Shown here piece by piece: positions 27,138 through 35,056 of a DNA stretch of 44,406 nt. Source of the DNA: a virus. Lineage: Duplodnaviria; Caudoviricetes. The stretch covers positions 1 to 44,406 of IMG/VR virus record IMGVR_UViG_3300031965_000059; one strand, given 5' to 3'. The position numbers and the translations under genes are program-made. Within the stretch, counting starts at the first letter, position 1. Each line of letters opens with the position of its first letter. The notes under the pieces were generated by a model. The model was not told where the DNA came from. It saw nothing but the letters and a program-made list of their open reading frames with translations, and made no database searches.

Positions 27138-27388
27138 CCTTGCCTCCGTCTCCATGCTTCCTGCTCGCGGCCCATCGCGTTGTTGAGGTATGCGGCGAAT
27201 CGTCGCGTTACTGTCACAAGCATGAGGAGGGCACGTATTCGGATTCGCCATCCCAACGACATCGGGGGATCGAGACTGCGCCCAGAGGCAAGACGATCCC
27301 ATAGGGCTATCTCGTTGTAAAATGAGTCGAAATTGCCCTTCACGTGCTGATACCCCATCCGCTGGAAGCGCATTTGATGGCGGGGCAT
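27134..27388 (-). CDS. Hypothetical protein (84 aa)
   Basis: TAG-ATG junction upstream and ATGA overlap downstream; AGGAGG SD. Confidence 0.5.
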   Translation of the reverse strand: MPRHQMRFQRMGYQHVKGNFDSFYNEIALWDRLASGRSLDPPMSLGWRIRIRALLMLVTVTRRFAAYLNNAMGREQEAWRRRQG

Positions 27389-27865
27389 CTACCCCTGCCT
27401 CCTACGAAACTCCGCGATCAGCAGCGCCTCTGCCCGTCCCTGGTCGCTCCGCCGTCCGAGATCAACGCCCGGGAAGAGCCGCTGCGCCTGCAGGTACGAT
27501 GCGTTCTTGTCCTTGCCGTCCTTGCCCACGCCGTCGAGCATCACGCCCTTCCAGCGCTGAGGCGTCACGACCTCGAAGGGGATCGCGAGCGCCGTCAGCG
27601 CCATGAGGTAGATGCCCTTGCCGTAGCCGATCGACAGGCTCGACTGCGCGCTCTGGCCCGGCCGCGTCGACACGGCCTCGATCGCGGCGACGGCGTGGCC
27701 GGCGTGGCGAAGCAGTACGAGCACGTCTCCAAGGATGTACTCGCGCCGACGTCCCTTCCCCTTCGGTACCCACATCGTCGGCGCGTCGTAGACTTCGGCG
27801 CTGTAGCCCTCGCGCAGGATGGCGATGGCGCCCGAGAGGCCAGGGTCGATGCCTATGACGTTCAT
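27389..27865 (-). CDS. RuvC-like Holliday junction resolvase
   Basis: IGIDPGLSGAIA, AAIE, VTPQRWK and DQGRAEALLIA motifs. Confidence 0.88.
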   Translation of the reverse strand: MNVIGIDPGLSGAIAILREGYSAEVYDAPTMWVPKGKGRRREYILGDVLVLLRHAGHAVAAIEAVSTRPGQSAQSSLSIGYGKGIYLMALTALAIPFEVVTPQRWKGVMLDGVGKDGKDKNASYLQAQRLFPGVDLGRRSDQGRAEALLIAEFRRRQG

Positions 27866-29448
27866 GCCGTAGCTCCCGCGGCGGTCAGGCGCGCGAGAAC
27901 CTGTGACTCGACGGCTGAAACCTCGTCCTCCTCAGCGCCATGCGGTTGTAGCTCACGCTCGACGCCATTCCTGACGCCGGACTTCATGCCATGTCCGCCC
28001 TCGAGCAGGAGTCCGGCCTTTCTTAGATCGCCAGCGGCTTGCTTCCAGCGCTGGTCGGTGCCGCCGCCCTGGCTGCCGCTGAGCGCCCTGGAGATTTGCG
28101 AGACGGGGCAGTATCTGTCCTGGCCGATGAGGTACTCGATGAGCGTTAGCGCGTCGGGCGTTAGGCTGCCGATCTTGTCCATGAGGCGGTCGCTCGCCTG
28201 CTGGAGGTACTTCTTGCGGAGCGCCTCCGGCGGAGCAACCTGAGCAACGCCGTTGCCGCCACCGACGGGTATGCGCGCGAGCACTTCCTGGACGATCGCC
28301 TCTTGGTCGACATGGCCCACGGCACCGCCGGTTCCGTTCGAGCCGAGGAGCTGCTTGATCTTGCGGAAGCTCTCAGCATCCACCTTGCCCGCTCGCACCT
28401 CGGCGGCGAGCCGCTCGTTGTGCTCGGTGGTCTTCTTCAGCTCGCCCTCGAGGTCGCTGACCTTGTTGCGAAGCTCGACGAGCTCCTGCCAGCCAGGCCC
28501 GCCCTTCGTTGCAGGACCGCTCTGCTCCTCCTCTAGCTCTTCCGGCTTTGCCAGCCGAGCGCGCAACGCTGTGACGTCGGGCTTCGCCTGAATGAGCTGC
28601 ACTTCGCCAACCTGCGCCGTCGCGCCGCCGTGGAAGGTCCGCCGCTCACGCACCCGGATCGTCGTGAAGCACTTCAGTTTCTCCGGCGACCACACGAAGG
28701 CCGTGCCGTCAGGCAGGCGCGGAATGCGGGTCTTGAACTCCTGCAGCCGCGGCCAGTCGTCCTCTTCCAATACGCCCTCGAACATGTCGAGCAGCGCCTT
28801 TCGGTCCTGGGGACCGACGGTGCGAAGGGCGATGAGCGTGTCGAGCTGCGTGAGCACGTCCTTCGCCACGGCCGCGCTGCGCTGCGAGATGAGCGTGACA
28901 CCGAGGCCGCGGTTTCGGCCCATGCGCACGAGCCGCTCGACGGACTCGTAGACTTCCTGCATCTCCGGCCGGCGGGTCTGGGGGACGAACTCTGTCGCCT
29001 CCTCGATGAAGACGTGCCGGGCGCACGTGTTGCGGTTGCGCCGGTAGAGCTCGCGGCAGAAGTCGCGTGTGAACTGGCGCCACGCCGTCTTCGACAGCTC
29101 GCTCAGGTCGACGATGCAGGAGATGTTCTCCTCGACGACCGCGAGCGCAACGGCCGCGCCCATGTCCCGTTCGATGGGCACGTCCCCGTGCTCGCCGCCG
29201 AAGACGACGATCGGGTAGCCGCTCCTCTTTCCGTCCGCGTTCGACCGAAGGCCGTAGTGGACGCCGACCGGGTCCAGTACGATGAACGGCATCCCGCGCT
29301 CAGCGAACTCCTCTTCGATGACGCCGGCGGTGTAGGTCTTGCCCGCGCCCTTCTTCGCGAGGATCGCGATCGTGTGGGTGAGCACGTCCTGGGGCAGCTC
29401 GAACGGCTGTCCGTCCTCCGTGGTGCCGATGTTGAGTCCGCTGGTCAT
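27862..29448 (-). CDS. HerA-like (DUF87) P-loop ATPase with C-terminal wHTH
   Basis: AKKGAGKTY Walker A, VLDPVG, VFIEEATEF Walker B, GRNRGLG..LISQR. Confidence 0.85.
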   Translation of the reverse strand: MTSGLNIGTTEDGQPFELPQDVLTHTIAILAKKGAGKTYTAGVIEEEFAERGMPFIVLDPVGVHYGLRSNADGKRSGYPIVVFGGEHGDVPIERDMGAAVALAVVEENISCIVDLSELSKTAWRQFTRDFCRELYRRNRNTCARHVFIEEATEFVPQTRRPEMQEVYESVERLVRMGRNRGLGVTLISQRSAAVAKDVLTQLDTLIALRTVGPQDRKALLDMFEGVLEEDDWPRLQEFKTRIPRLPDGTAFVWSPEKLKCFTTIRVRERRTFHGGATAQVGEVQLIQAKPDVTALRARLAKPEELEEEQSGPATKGGPGWQELVELRNKVSDLEGELKKTTEHNERLAAEVRAGKVDAESFRKIKQLLGSNGTGGAVGHVDQEAIVQEVLARIPVGGGNGVAQVAPPEALRKKYLQQASDRLMDKIGSLTPDALTLIEYLIGQDRYCPVSQISRALSGSQGGGTDQRWKQAAGDLRKAGLLLEGGHGMKSGVRNGVERELQPHGAEEDEVSAVESQVLARLTAAGATA

Positions 29449-29639
29449 AGGCGTACCCCTCTCGTCATGGGCTGGCCGCGCGTGCCCCTGCTCCCGCTCA
29501 CCGGTGGCGGCTCCGGCGCCGCCGCCCCCAATGCCTGCTCGATCACGTGACCGCAATAGAGGCATTGCTGGTAGGGCCCGTACCAATCCTCAGACCGCTC
29601 CATCGCGTTCCGCGATCGACACCGTGGACACGGTGGCAT
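29445..29639 (-). CDS. Small Zn-ribbon protein
   Basis: CPRC...EDWYGPYQQCLYCGHV; ATGA-coupled to the ATPase gene. Confidence 0.65.
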   Translation of the reverse strand: MPPCPRCRSRNAMERSEDWYGPYQQCLYCGHVIEQALGAAAPEPPPVSGSRGTRGQPMTRGVRL

Positions 29640-29645
29640 CGGGAG

Positions 29646-30851
29646 CTACGCTTCTTCGGCGACGGCGACCGGCTCCAGACACGCCGCGATGACCGCCCGC
29701 GCGACGTCGGCGGTGATCCCTTTCGCGTGCCAGTTGCCTTGTTCGTTCACCGCGCCCGGCACGCTGCGCAGGAGCTTCGCGAAAGCGGGGACCCCGTGGG
29801 CCTTCTTGTAGTCCGCCACCGCGTTGTGCGCCTGCTTCTGGAGCTGCTCGAGGTCGGCCTCGTCTTCGGCTGGTGGCTCTTCGACGGCTACCGGCTCCGC
29901 GATCGGTTCCTCTTCCGGCTCCAACGTTGTAGGAGGAGAAATCGGAACCGGCGGCGGCTCGATGTCTGCCTCGCCCTCTTCCGTGAGCGTCGGCTCGATC
30001 GGCGGTAGATCGGTAACGTCGACGGCCTCGCCTTCGATGATGCTCGGGTCGTCGTCCGGGAGCATCTGCGCTGTCTGGTCGATCGCGGGGAGCTGTGCGA
30101 GCGCGAGGATGGCGTCCGGCGCCATGATGCGCACACCGGTGCGCGTCGCCGTCCACACGAGCATCTGCTTCGGGTACTTCTTCCAGTTGACGCCAGTAGC
30201 CAGGTCGGCACGCTTCGCGTCCTCCATCGTCGCTTCGAAGACCTGCGAGCGCCCCTTGTAAGTGACGCGTACCTTCGCGCGCTCGGTCGTGCGCTCGAGG
30301 ATCTCGACGCCGGCGTCCGGGTCGCGCGCCTGCATGAGCCCGACCTTGAGCTGCGTCGAGGTCTCCGGCCTGCCCTTCACGACGTAGATGTGCGAAAGCG
30401 CGGCCATCGGTTGCACGCCCAGCTCGCGGCCGTAGAGCATGATCACTGCCGCCTCGCCCGCCGTCATGGCCCTGTCGCCGATCTTGGGCAGCAGCGATTG
30501 GCCGGCTATCGCGGTGCCCGCGATGGCCTTGATCATCGACAGCTCGTCGCTCGTCGGCAGCAGCGCGGCCGGCGGCTGGACGCGGTAGGGGACGATCGCC
30601 CGGCTGTTCTCGTCTCCGTTCATCGTGTGCTCCTTCCGTGATGGTTCTAGGACGTTTCGCGCGTGCCAACAGTGGCCGTGCGTGCGGTAGCCCAGGCAGT
30701 TGCAGACCGCGTTCGGCGGCTCCAGGGTGTAGATCGTCTTGTACTCGCGGTCGGACGTACGCGACTTGAACGTGCGCTCGCGAACCTGCCGCCGCCGGGC
30801 GTCACGCCGGCGTTCGCTGGTACGCTCACGCTGTCGGGTGTCCGTTGCCAT
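29646..30851 (-). CDS. RecT-like single-strand annealing protein with in-frame N-terminal SWIM-type Zn finger (internal start at 30623)
   Basis: GRELGVQPMAAL.HIYVVKGRP, T.EDAKRA.L and NWKKYPKQML motifs; upstream CNCLGY..HGHCWH; AAGGAG SD before ATG 30623. Confidence 0.75.
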   Translation of the reverse strand: MATDTRQRERTSERRRDARRRQVRERTFKSRTSDREYKTIYTLEPPNAVCNCLGYRTHGHCWHARNVLEPSRKEHTMNGDENSRAIVPYRVQPPAALLPTSDELSMIKAIAGTAIAGQSLLPKIGDRAMTAGEAAVIMLYGRELGVQPMAALSHIYVVKGRPETSTQLKVGLMQARDPDAGVEILERTTERAKVRVTYKGRSQVFEATMEDAKRADLATGVNWKKYPKQMLVWTATRTGVRIMAPDAILALAQLPAIDQTAQMLPDDDPSIIEGEAVDVTDLPPIEPTLTEEGEADIEPPPVPISPPTTLEPEEEPIAEPVAVEEPPAEDEADLEQLQKQAHNAVADYKKAHGVPAFAKLLRSVPGAVNEQGNWHAKGITADVARAVIAACLEPVAVAEEA

Positions 30852-30858
30852 CGTGGGT

Positions 30859-31560
30859 TCATGCCCTTGCGGCGATGCCCTCTTCACTCACGGCCTGGAC
30901 GCCGGGGATATCGAGATCGCCCTTCATGGCGCGCGCGAGATTGTTCAGAAGCGTCATGTTCGGCGCGAGCAGCGCTGTCGCCTGACTGCCATCGGCAACG
31001 GCTTTCACCAGCGCCGCCAGGTCCGTGACCTCCGCACGCCACGTCACGCGCGTCGTGATGCCCGGTGCTGCCGGCGCCGGTGCCGTGACCTCAAGGGTCG
31101 GCACGTTTTCCGCCCGCTGTTCCAGCGTCTCCGCGCGAGTTTCCTTTCCCTTCTCCCTGGCGGCCTCGGCCTGCTTCCGCAGGCGTTCGCGCTCCGCCTC
31201 TTCACGCTGGCGGAGCTTCTCCTGCGCCTCCTGGCGCTGCCGCTCGCGGTCGCGGCTGAAGGTGAGCATCGCGTTCTTGATGGTCAGCTCGGCCTTCGAC
31301 AGCCGGTCGGTCGCCGGCTTGAACAGCCCCAGCACCCGCGTCTTCGCTTCGTCGAGCGGGCGAGTGACCGACTTGCGGAGGGACTCCATCTGCTTCTGCT
31401 GTGCCTTGATGGTCTGGAGCAGCTCGGCACTCGCCCCATATTGGATGTCGCTGGTGATCGTGAACTGTTCCGCCGACGCCAGGAGCGCGATGCTCTCCTC
31501 GTCAGCCCGCGCCGCCACCTGAGAGGCGGCTTCTATGGTCTCGGTGATGTCGGTGGTCAT
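30859..31560 (-). CDS. Coiled-coil protein of the recombination module (possibly Gam-like)
   Basis: 233-aa long helix with C-terminal W.AEVTD...IPGV; between exonuclease and annealase. Confidence 0.6.
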   Translation of the reverse strand: MTTDITETIEAASQVAARADEESIALLASAEQFTITSDIQYGASAELLQTIKAQQKQMESLRKSVTRPLDEAKTRVLGLFKPATDRLSKAELTIKNAMLTFSRDRERQRQEAQEKLRQREEAERERLRKQAEAAREKGKETRAETLEQRAENVPTLEVTAPAPAAPGITTRVTWRAEVTDLAALVKAVADGSQATALLAPNMTLLNNLARAMKGDLDIPGVQAVSEEGIAARA

Positions 31561-32591
31561 CTCTTCCTCCTAGACTTCAATAGTTTCTGTGCATCCTCTA
31601 GCGTGATCTCGTTCGTGTTTGCCTCAACCTCGGGCGCCCGGTGGGCCCAGTCTTCGTCCTTCGCAATCGCCTTCGCCTGGTCGCACCACGGCCGGGCGTC
31701 GCAATACCCCTGGCAGCGACGGCTCACGCCCGGCACATGCTCGACCCGTCCCTTGCCCGTGTCGTCGTTATCGTTCAGGAAGAAGATCGCATCCTCCCCA
31801 CCGCCACCCCGCGGCGCTTCCGCGCCGAAGACGGCCGTTGCGCGCTTCGCGGGCCTGCCGCCCTTCGTCGGCAGGTAGACCTTCCACTCTTCGCCGTGAT
31901 ACCAGCGCTCCTCCGGCGAACACGGGGGCCAGCGGTGGTGCTTGCGGGCGTTCTGGTGCAGCGCGACGCGGCTCCCCAGGTAGCTCTGCGCCTTCTCCTC
32001 CGACCAGAGCGGCAACGAGTAGCGAAACGATGGCGCCGGCGGGTAACGATCGCCGGGCGACTCCGCCGCCTTCTGCGCGCGGTCGGCCTTCCAATCGAAA
32101 GGCAGGAACGGTATCACCGCAAGGCTCGTCACGTCGAAGCCGTGCCGTCGGAACAGCTCGGCGTACAGGTTGAGCTGCGCGGCCCACTCGCGATCGCGGC
32201 TACCGTGGACGATCGACCAGACCGACGTCACCTTGTAGTCGACGACCGCGCCCTCCTGGTCGATCCCGATGATCTCGTACAGATCGGCCTGGCCCGTGAC
32301 GCGCCACCCCGCCACGTCCATGAAGAGGCGCTCTTCCGCGAGCACGTTCTCGGCCGCGAGCGCAGCGCGCTTGAGGTCGTTGTGCACGGCCTGCCCGACG
32401 CGACGCCGGATGAGTGAATAGTCGGAGGCGTCGTACACGATCTCGTGGTCGTGCAGCCGGCCCAGCTCCAGCACCTGCGGCGGCTGGATCAGCTCCGTGA
32501 CGCTGATGTCGCCCTGCCGCGGCCCGTAGGCGTCGTACGACAGCCACGCCATGACGGGCGCCGGGAGGTTGAACCTGTTGGTGAGGATCAA
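31557..32591 (-). CDS. Cas4-like PD-(D/E)XK exonuclease
   Basis: TTGA-coupled start MILTNRFNLP; ISVTELI, EERL, GQADL, VDYKVT, QLNLY and C-terminal RCQGYC...C. Confidence 0.85.
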   Translation of the reverse strand: MILTNRFNLPAPVMAWLSYDAYGPRQGDISVTELIQPPQVLELGRLHDHEIVYDASDYSLIRRRVGQAVHNDLKRAALAAENVLAEERLFMDVAGWRVTGQADLYEIIGIDQEGAVVDYKVTSVWSIVHGSRDREWAAQLNLYAELFRRHGFDVTSLAVIPFLPFDWKADRAQKAAESPGDRYPPAPSFRYSLPLWSEEKAQSYLGSRVALHQNARKHHRWPPCSPEERWYHGEEWKVYLPTKGGRPAKRATAVFGAEAPRGGGGEDAIFFLNDNDDTGKGRVEHVPGVSRRCQGYCDARPWCDQAKAIAKDEDWAHRAPEVEANTNEITLEDAQKLLKSRRKR

Positions 32592-32824
32592 CGCTCCTCC
32601 TCGTACGGCTCGTAGTGCGGAACGTCGGCGGAGCGCGCGAGCACGAAGTTGAAGGTGCGGGCGATGAAGGAGGCCGCGATCTCGGGGCGTTCGGAGTCCC
32701 GCCGCTCCTTCTCGAAGGCCTGGTGCGCCGTGTCGATCAGCTTGTAGCCGTGTTCGAGGTACGCGTTGGCCTTGCGCGGGCCGCACGTCTTGACTTCGAC
32801 AGCCCAGGTGAGATCCATCTCCAT
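32588..32824 (-). CDS. Hypothetical protein
   Basis: AAAGGA SD; ANAYLEHGYKLI motif. Confidence 0.6.
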   Translation of the reverse strand: MEMDLTWAVEVKTCGPRKANAYLEHGYKLIDTAHQAFEKERRDSERPEIAASFIARTFNFVLARSADVPHYEPYEEER

Positions 32825-32837
32825 GTCAGCATTCCTT

Positions 32838-33071
32838 TCACGGCAGCGTCTGCCCGTCAAATAGAGCCCGCCGCGCGAGGGCCTCGCGCCCCACGTCGTA
32901 GAGCGTGTAGTAGGCCCCGGCGATGCAGGCCATCAGGAACACGTGTCCCCGCTCGTTCAGCTCGCGGGCGAACTGTCGCCGGAGTTGCGACATTCGAGCG
33001 AGGCGGCGCGCGTAGAGCTCGGCTACCTCGTCCGGCGTCAGGTCGCGCAGCGTCAGGGTCGACTCGTTCAT
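32838..33071 (-). CDS. Hypothetical protein (77 aa)
   Basis: TAG-ATG junction; helical composition. Confidence 0.6.
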   Translation of the reverse strand: MNESTLTLRDLTPDEVAELYARRLARMSQLRRQFARELNERGHVFLMACIAGAYYTLYDVGREALARRALFDGQTLP

Positions 33072-33344
33072 CTACGTCTCGAACTGGCAGTTGCAGTGGC
33101 ACTCGCACTCGCAGTCGGGGCGATCCGGTTCGTCCTCTTCCCAGCAGGCCGCGCAATCGTCGTTGTCGGCGCATGTGCAGCGCCCCAGCCAGCAGGCGGG
33201 CTCCATGCGCGTCGCGGAATACGCCTCGGTGACGACGAGCGTGTCGTGGCCGCAGTCTGGGCAGCCGTCTTCGCGGACCCGGCGCGCGTAGTCGCGGGTG
33301 CGGGTGCTCGGTGACGCGCCCTCGGTGTAGGAAGGATCGCTCAT
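33072..33344 (-). CDS. Cys-rich acidic small protein
   Basis: 12 Cys in 90 aa including CECECHCNC; ATGA-coupled. Confidence 0.55.
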   Translation of the reverse strand: MSDPSYTEGASPSTRTRDYARRVREDGCPDCGHDTLVVTEAYSATRMEPACWLGRCTCADNDDCAACWEEDEPDRPDCECECHCNCQFET

Positions 33345-33559
33345 CGCGCCACGTATTCCCGCCCGGCGTCGGTCATGCTGTATGTCCTGATGCCGAGTCG
33401 GTAGTGGCGCTCTACGAGTCCGAGGCGGGTCAGCGTTTCCATCGTCCGTCGTTGAACGCCGAGGGGCGCTGTAACGTGCTGAGCGTCGAAGCTGACCAGC
33501 TTCCGCGCGGTGCGCAGCAGGGCATCCTTCTGCGCCGGGGTGATCGTCCCTGTAGTCAC
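33341..33559 (-). CDS. Small winged-helix DNA-binding protein
   Basis: ITPAQKDAL...RTMETLTRLGLVE...YSMTDAGRE. Confidence 0.7.
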   Translation of the reverse strand: MTTGTITPAQKDALLRTARKLVSFDAQHVTAPLGVQRRTMETLTRLGLVERHYRLGIRTYSMTDAGREYVAR

Positions 33560-33846
33560 GAAGATGCGTGCCCTTCGCGGATGCGCTTCCTCTGCTGGCG
33601 CCGCGGCTGTACCTCGTAGCCGTCCACGGACTGCGGCGTGACTTCGATGCTGTACTGTTCGCCGATCCAGAAGCGGGTCGGCTCGTCGACGGTCGGAAGC
33701 GCTTCCTTGATGACGCTGTCCGCCTTCCTGAACGCCTTCGCCGCTTCCTTGTTCTCGAGGTAGGTCTCGATCTCCTCTACGAGATCGAGACGGTCAAGCG
33801 GCTTATCCTCGAATCCCTTCTGGCCGCCGTCCGTAACCTTCGGCAT
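33556..33846 (-). CDS. Hypothetical protein, first clear gene of the early operon
   Basis: AAAGGAG SD; 96 aa; GTGA-coupled downstream. Confidence 0.7.
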   Translation of the reverse strand: MPKVTDGGQKGFEDKPLDRLDLVEEIETYLENKEAAKAFRKADSVIKEALPTVDEPTRFWIGEQYSIEVTPQSVDGYEVQPRRQQRKRIREGHASS

Positions 33847-34234
33847 GGGCGTCTCCTTTCATTGAGAACGCCCACCCTGCGACGGACCGGCGAAGGCACC
33901 TGAGGAGGCATGCCGAAGACGTCGCGGGGTCAGCGGGGAACAGCACCGGCGGCGTCCCTGCCGGCCCATCGCAGGATGGGCGTTGCTGCTGGGTGGTGTC
34001 GGGAGCGCCCCGGAGGAAGTCGAAGACCGGGGCGCCCCCTTGCGACTCGGGCGTCGGAGGGGGAGGATTCCGGCGCTCCGAGGGGGCGCGTTCGCTGATC
34101 GCTCTGAGCCGTGGCGGCGACTCGAACGGGAACGCGGCCCCTCGGAGGGTCGGACCTGGTGTTCGCTTCCCCTTACCCTGCCTATTTAGCAGGGCAAGGG
34201 GTGCGGTCATGGTCTCTTTGGCCTCCAACATCGT
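33847..34234 (-). ncRNA. Candidate structured leader RNA of the early operon
   Basis: Four long stems; nearly all non-Watson-Crick positions are G-U pairs on the minus-strand transcript. Confidence 0.55.
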
Positions 34235-34240
34235 GAGGCT

Positions 34241-34269
34241 ATTCTAAGAAACTTCCTATCCTTTGTCAA
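34241..34269 (-). promoter_or_regulatory. Leftward early promoter
   Basis: TTGACA-N17-TAGAAT on the minus strand. Confidence 0.85.
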
Positions 34270-34298
34270 GGGGCTTGGGGAGGAAAGTAGGAAATATC

Positions 34299-34327
34299 TT
34301 GACAGGCCGTCCTGGACGCCCTAGAAT
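34299..34327 (+). promoter_or_regulatory. Rightward (repressor) promoter
   Basis: TTGACA-N17-TAGAAT on the plus strand, back-to-back with the leftward promoter. Confidence 0.85.
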
Positions 34328-34334
34328 ACGTGGT

Positions 34335-34556
34335 GTGAAAGCTTACGCACGGCTCCTATGCGAGCGCGTCGACGGCCATGCCGTCGTAGACGTTGCGAAG
34401 GAATGGGGTATCCCGCGCTGGGTGCTGGATGATGGGATCAGCGGCAAGGTGAACGCCCCCAGCGCGAAGTACCTGCCCGCCGTGGCGCGCGGGCTCGGCA
34501 TGACGGTCGAAGAACTGCTCGCCAAGCTCTCCCCGCAGGAAGTACCAGCGACATGA
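34335..34556 (+). CDS. XRE-family repressor, probably leaderless (GTG start)
   Basis: VVDVAKEWGIP...ISGKVNAPSAKYLPAVARGLGMTVEEL HTH; GTG 7 nt after the -10 box; no SD. Confidence 0.75.
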   Translation: MKAYARLLCERVDGHAVVDVAKEWGIPRWVLDDGISGKVNAPSAKYLPAVARGLGMTVEELLAKLSPQEVPAT

Positions 34557-35056
34557 CAATCCGCGCCTCGGCCAGTGAGCGCTTCTGGGCCAAGACTACT
34601 TATCGCGGGGATGGGTGCATCATCTGGGGTGGCGCTACCGGGGGCGGGGGGTACGGACTCTTTACGTTCGAGGGTCGCCTACAGCTTGCCCACCGCGTTG
34701 CGTGGATGCTGGAGAAGGGCCCGATCCCTGTTGGACTGACTCTCGATCACCTGTGCAAGACGCGCCTGTGCGTAAACACGGAGCATTTGGAACCCGTGAC
34801 TGCGCTTGAGAATATTAGGCGGGCCAACGTCGGCCGCCGTCTCACGAGGTGCCGAAAAGGCCTGCATGAAATGTCTGGCGCTAACATCTACATCTGGAAG
34901 AATCAGAGGATGTGTCGTTCGTGCTTCCTAGAGGCCAATAGGCGCTACGGCAAGACCTACCGTGAACGGCATCCAGAGATCGAGGCTGCACGCTGGAAGC
35001 GAAAGCAGGCACGCCGCAAGGCGGCGGCGGCGCACATCGTGGAGGTCTCTGCTTAG
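34553..35056 (+). CDS. HNH endonuclease with C-terminal Zn finger
   Basis: RFWAK, CIIW.G...GYG, AHRVAW, LDHLC..RLCVN.EHLEPVT..EN, then CRKGLH...CRSC. Confidence 0.9.
   Translation: MTIRASASERFWAKTTYRGDGCIIWGGATGGGGYGLFTFEGRLQLAHRVAWMLEKGPIPVGLTLDHLCKTRLCVNTEHLEPVTALENIRRANVGRRLTRCRKGLHEMSGANIYIWKNQRMCRSCFLEANRRYGKTYRERHPEIEAARWKRKQARRKAAAAHIVEVSA

Noticed and set aside
27134-27410. Two adjacent proteins both ending in RRRQG
   Set aside because: Explained by the GGAGG SD of the next gene being encoded in each 3' end.
31557-32591. Cas4-like gene as part of a CRISPR system
   Set aside because: No repeat-spacer array or other cas genes seen; its context is the exonuclease-annealase recombination module.
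34108-34135. tRNA-like GTTCGAGTC...CCA on the minus strand
   Set aside because: The T-stem does not pair and no cloverleaf can be built.
33803-34231. 142-aa ORF as a Cro-like gene
   Set aside because: Pro/Arg-rich with no HTH, overlaps the next gene, and coincides with extensive RNA stems; cannot be fully excluded.
35054-35056. Genome-wide TAG reassignment (all three odd-start genes have an in-frame TAG upstream)
   Set aside because: Many genes end cleanly at TAG followed by an SD-supported next gene (1322, 9759, 27389, 33072), and long genes have no internal TAG.
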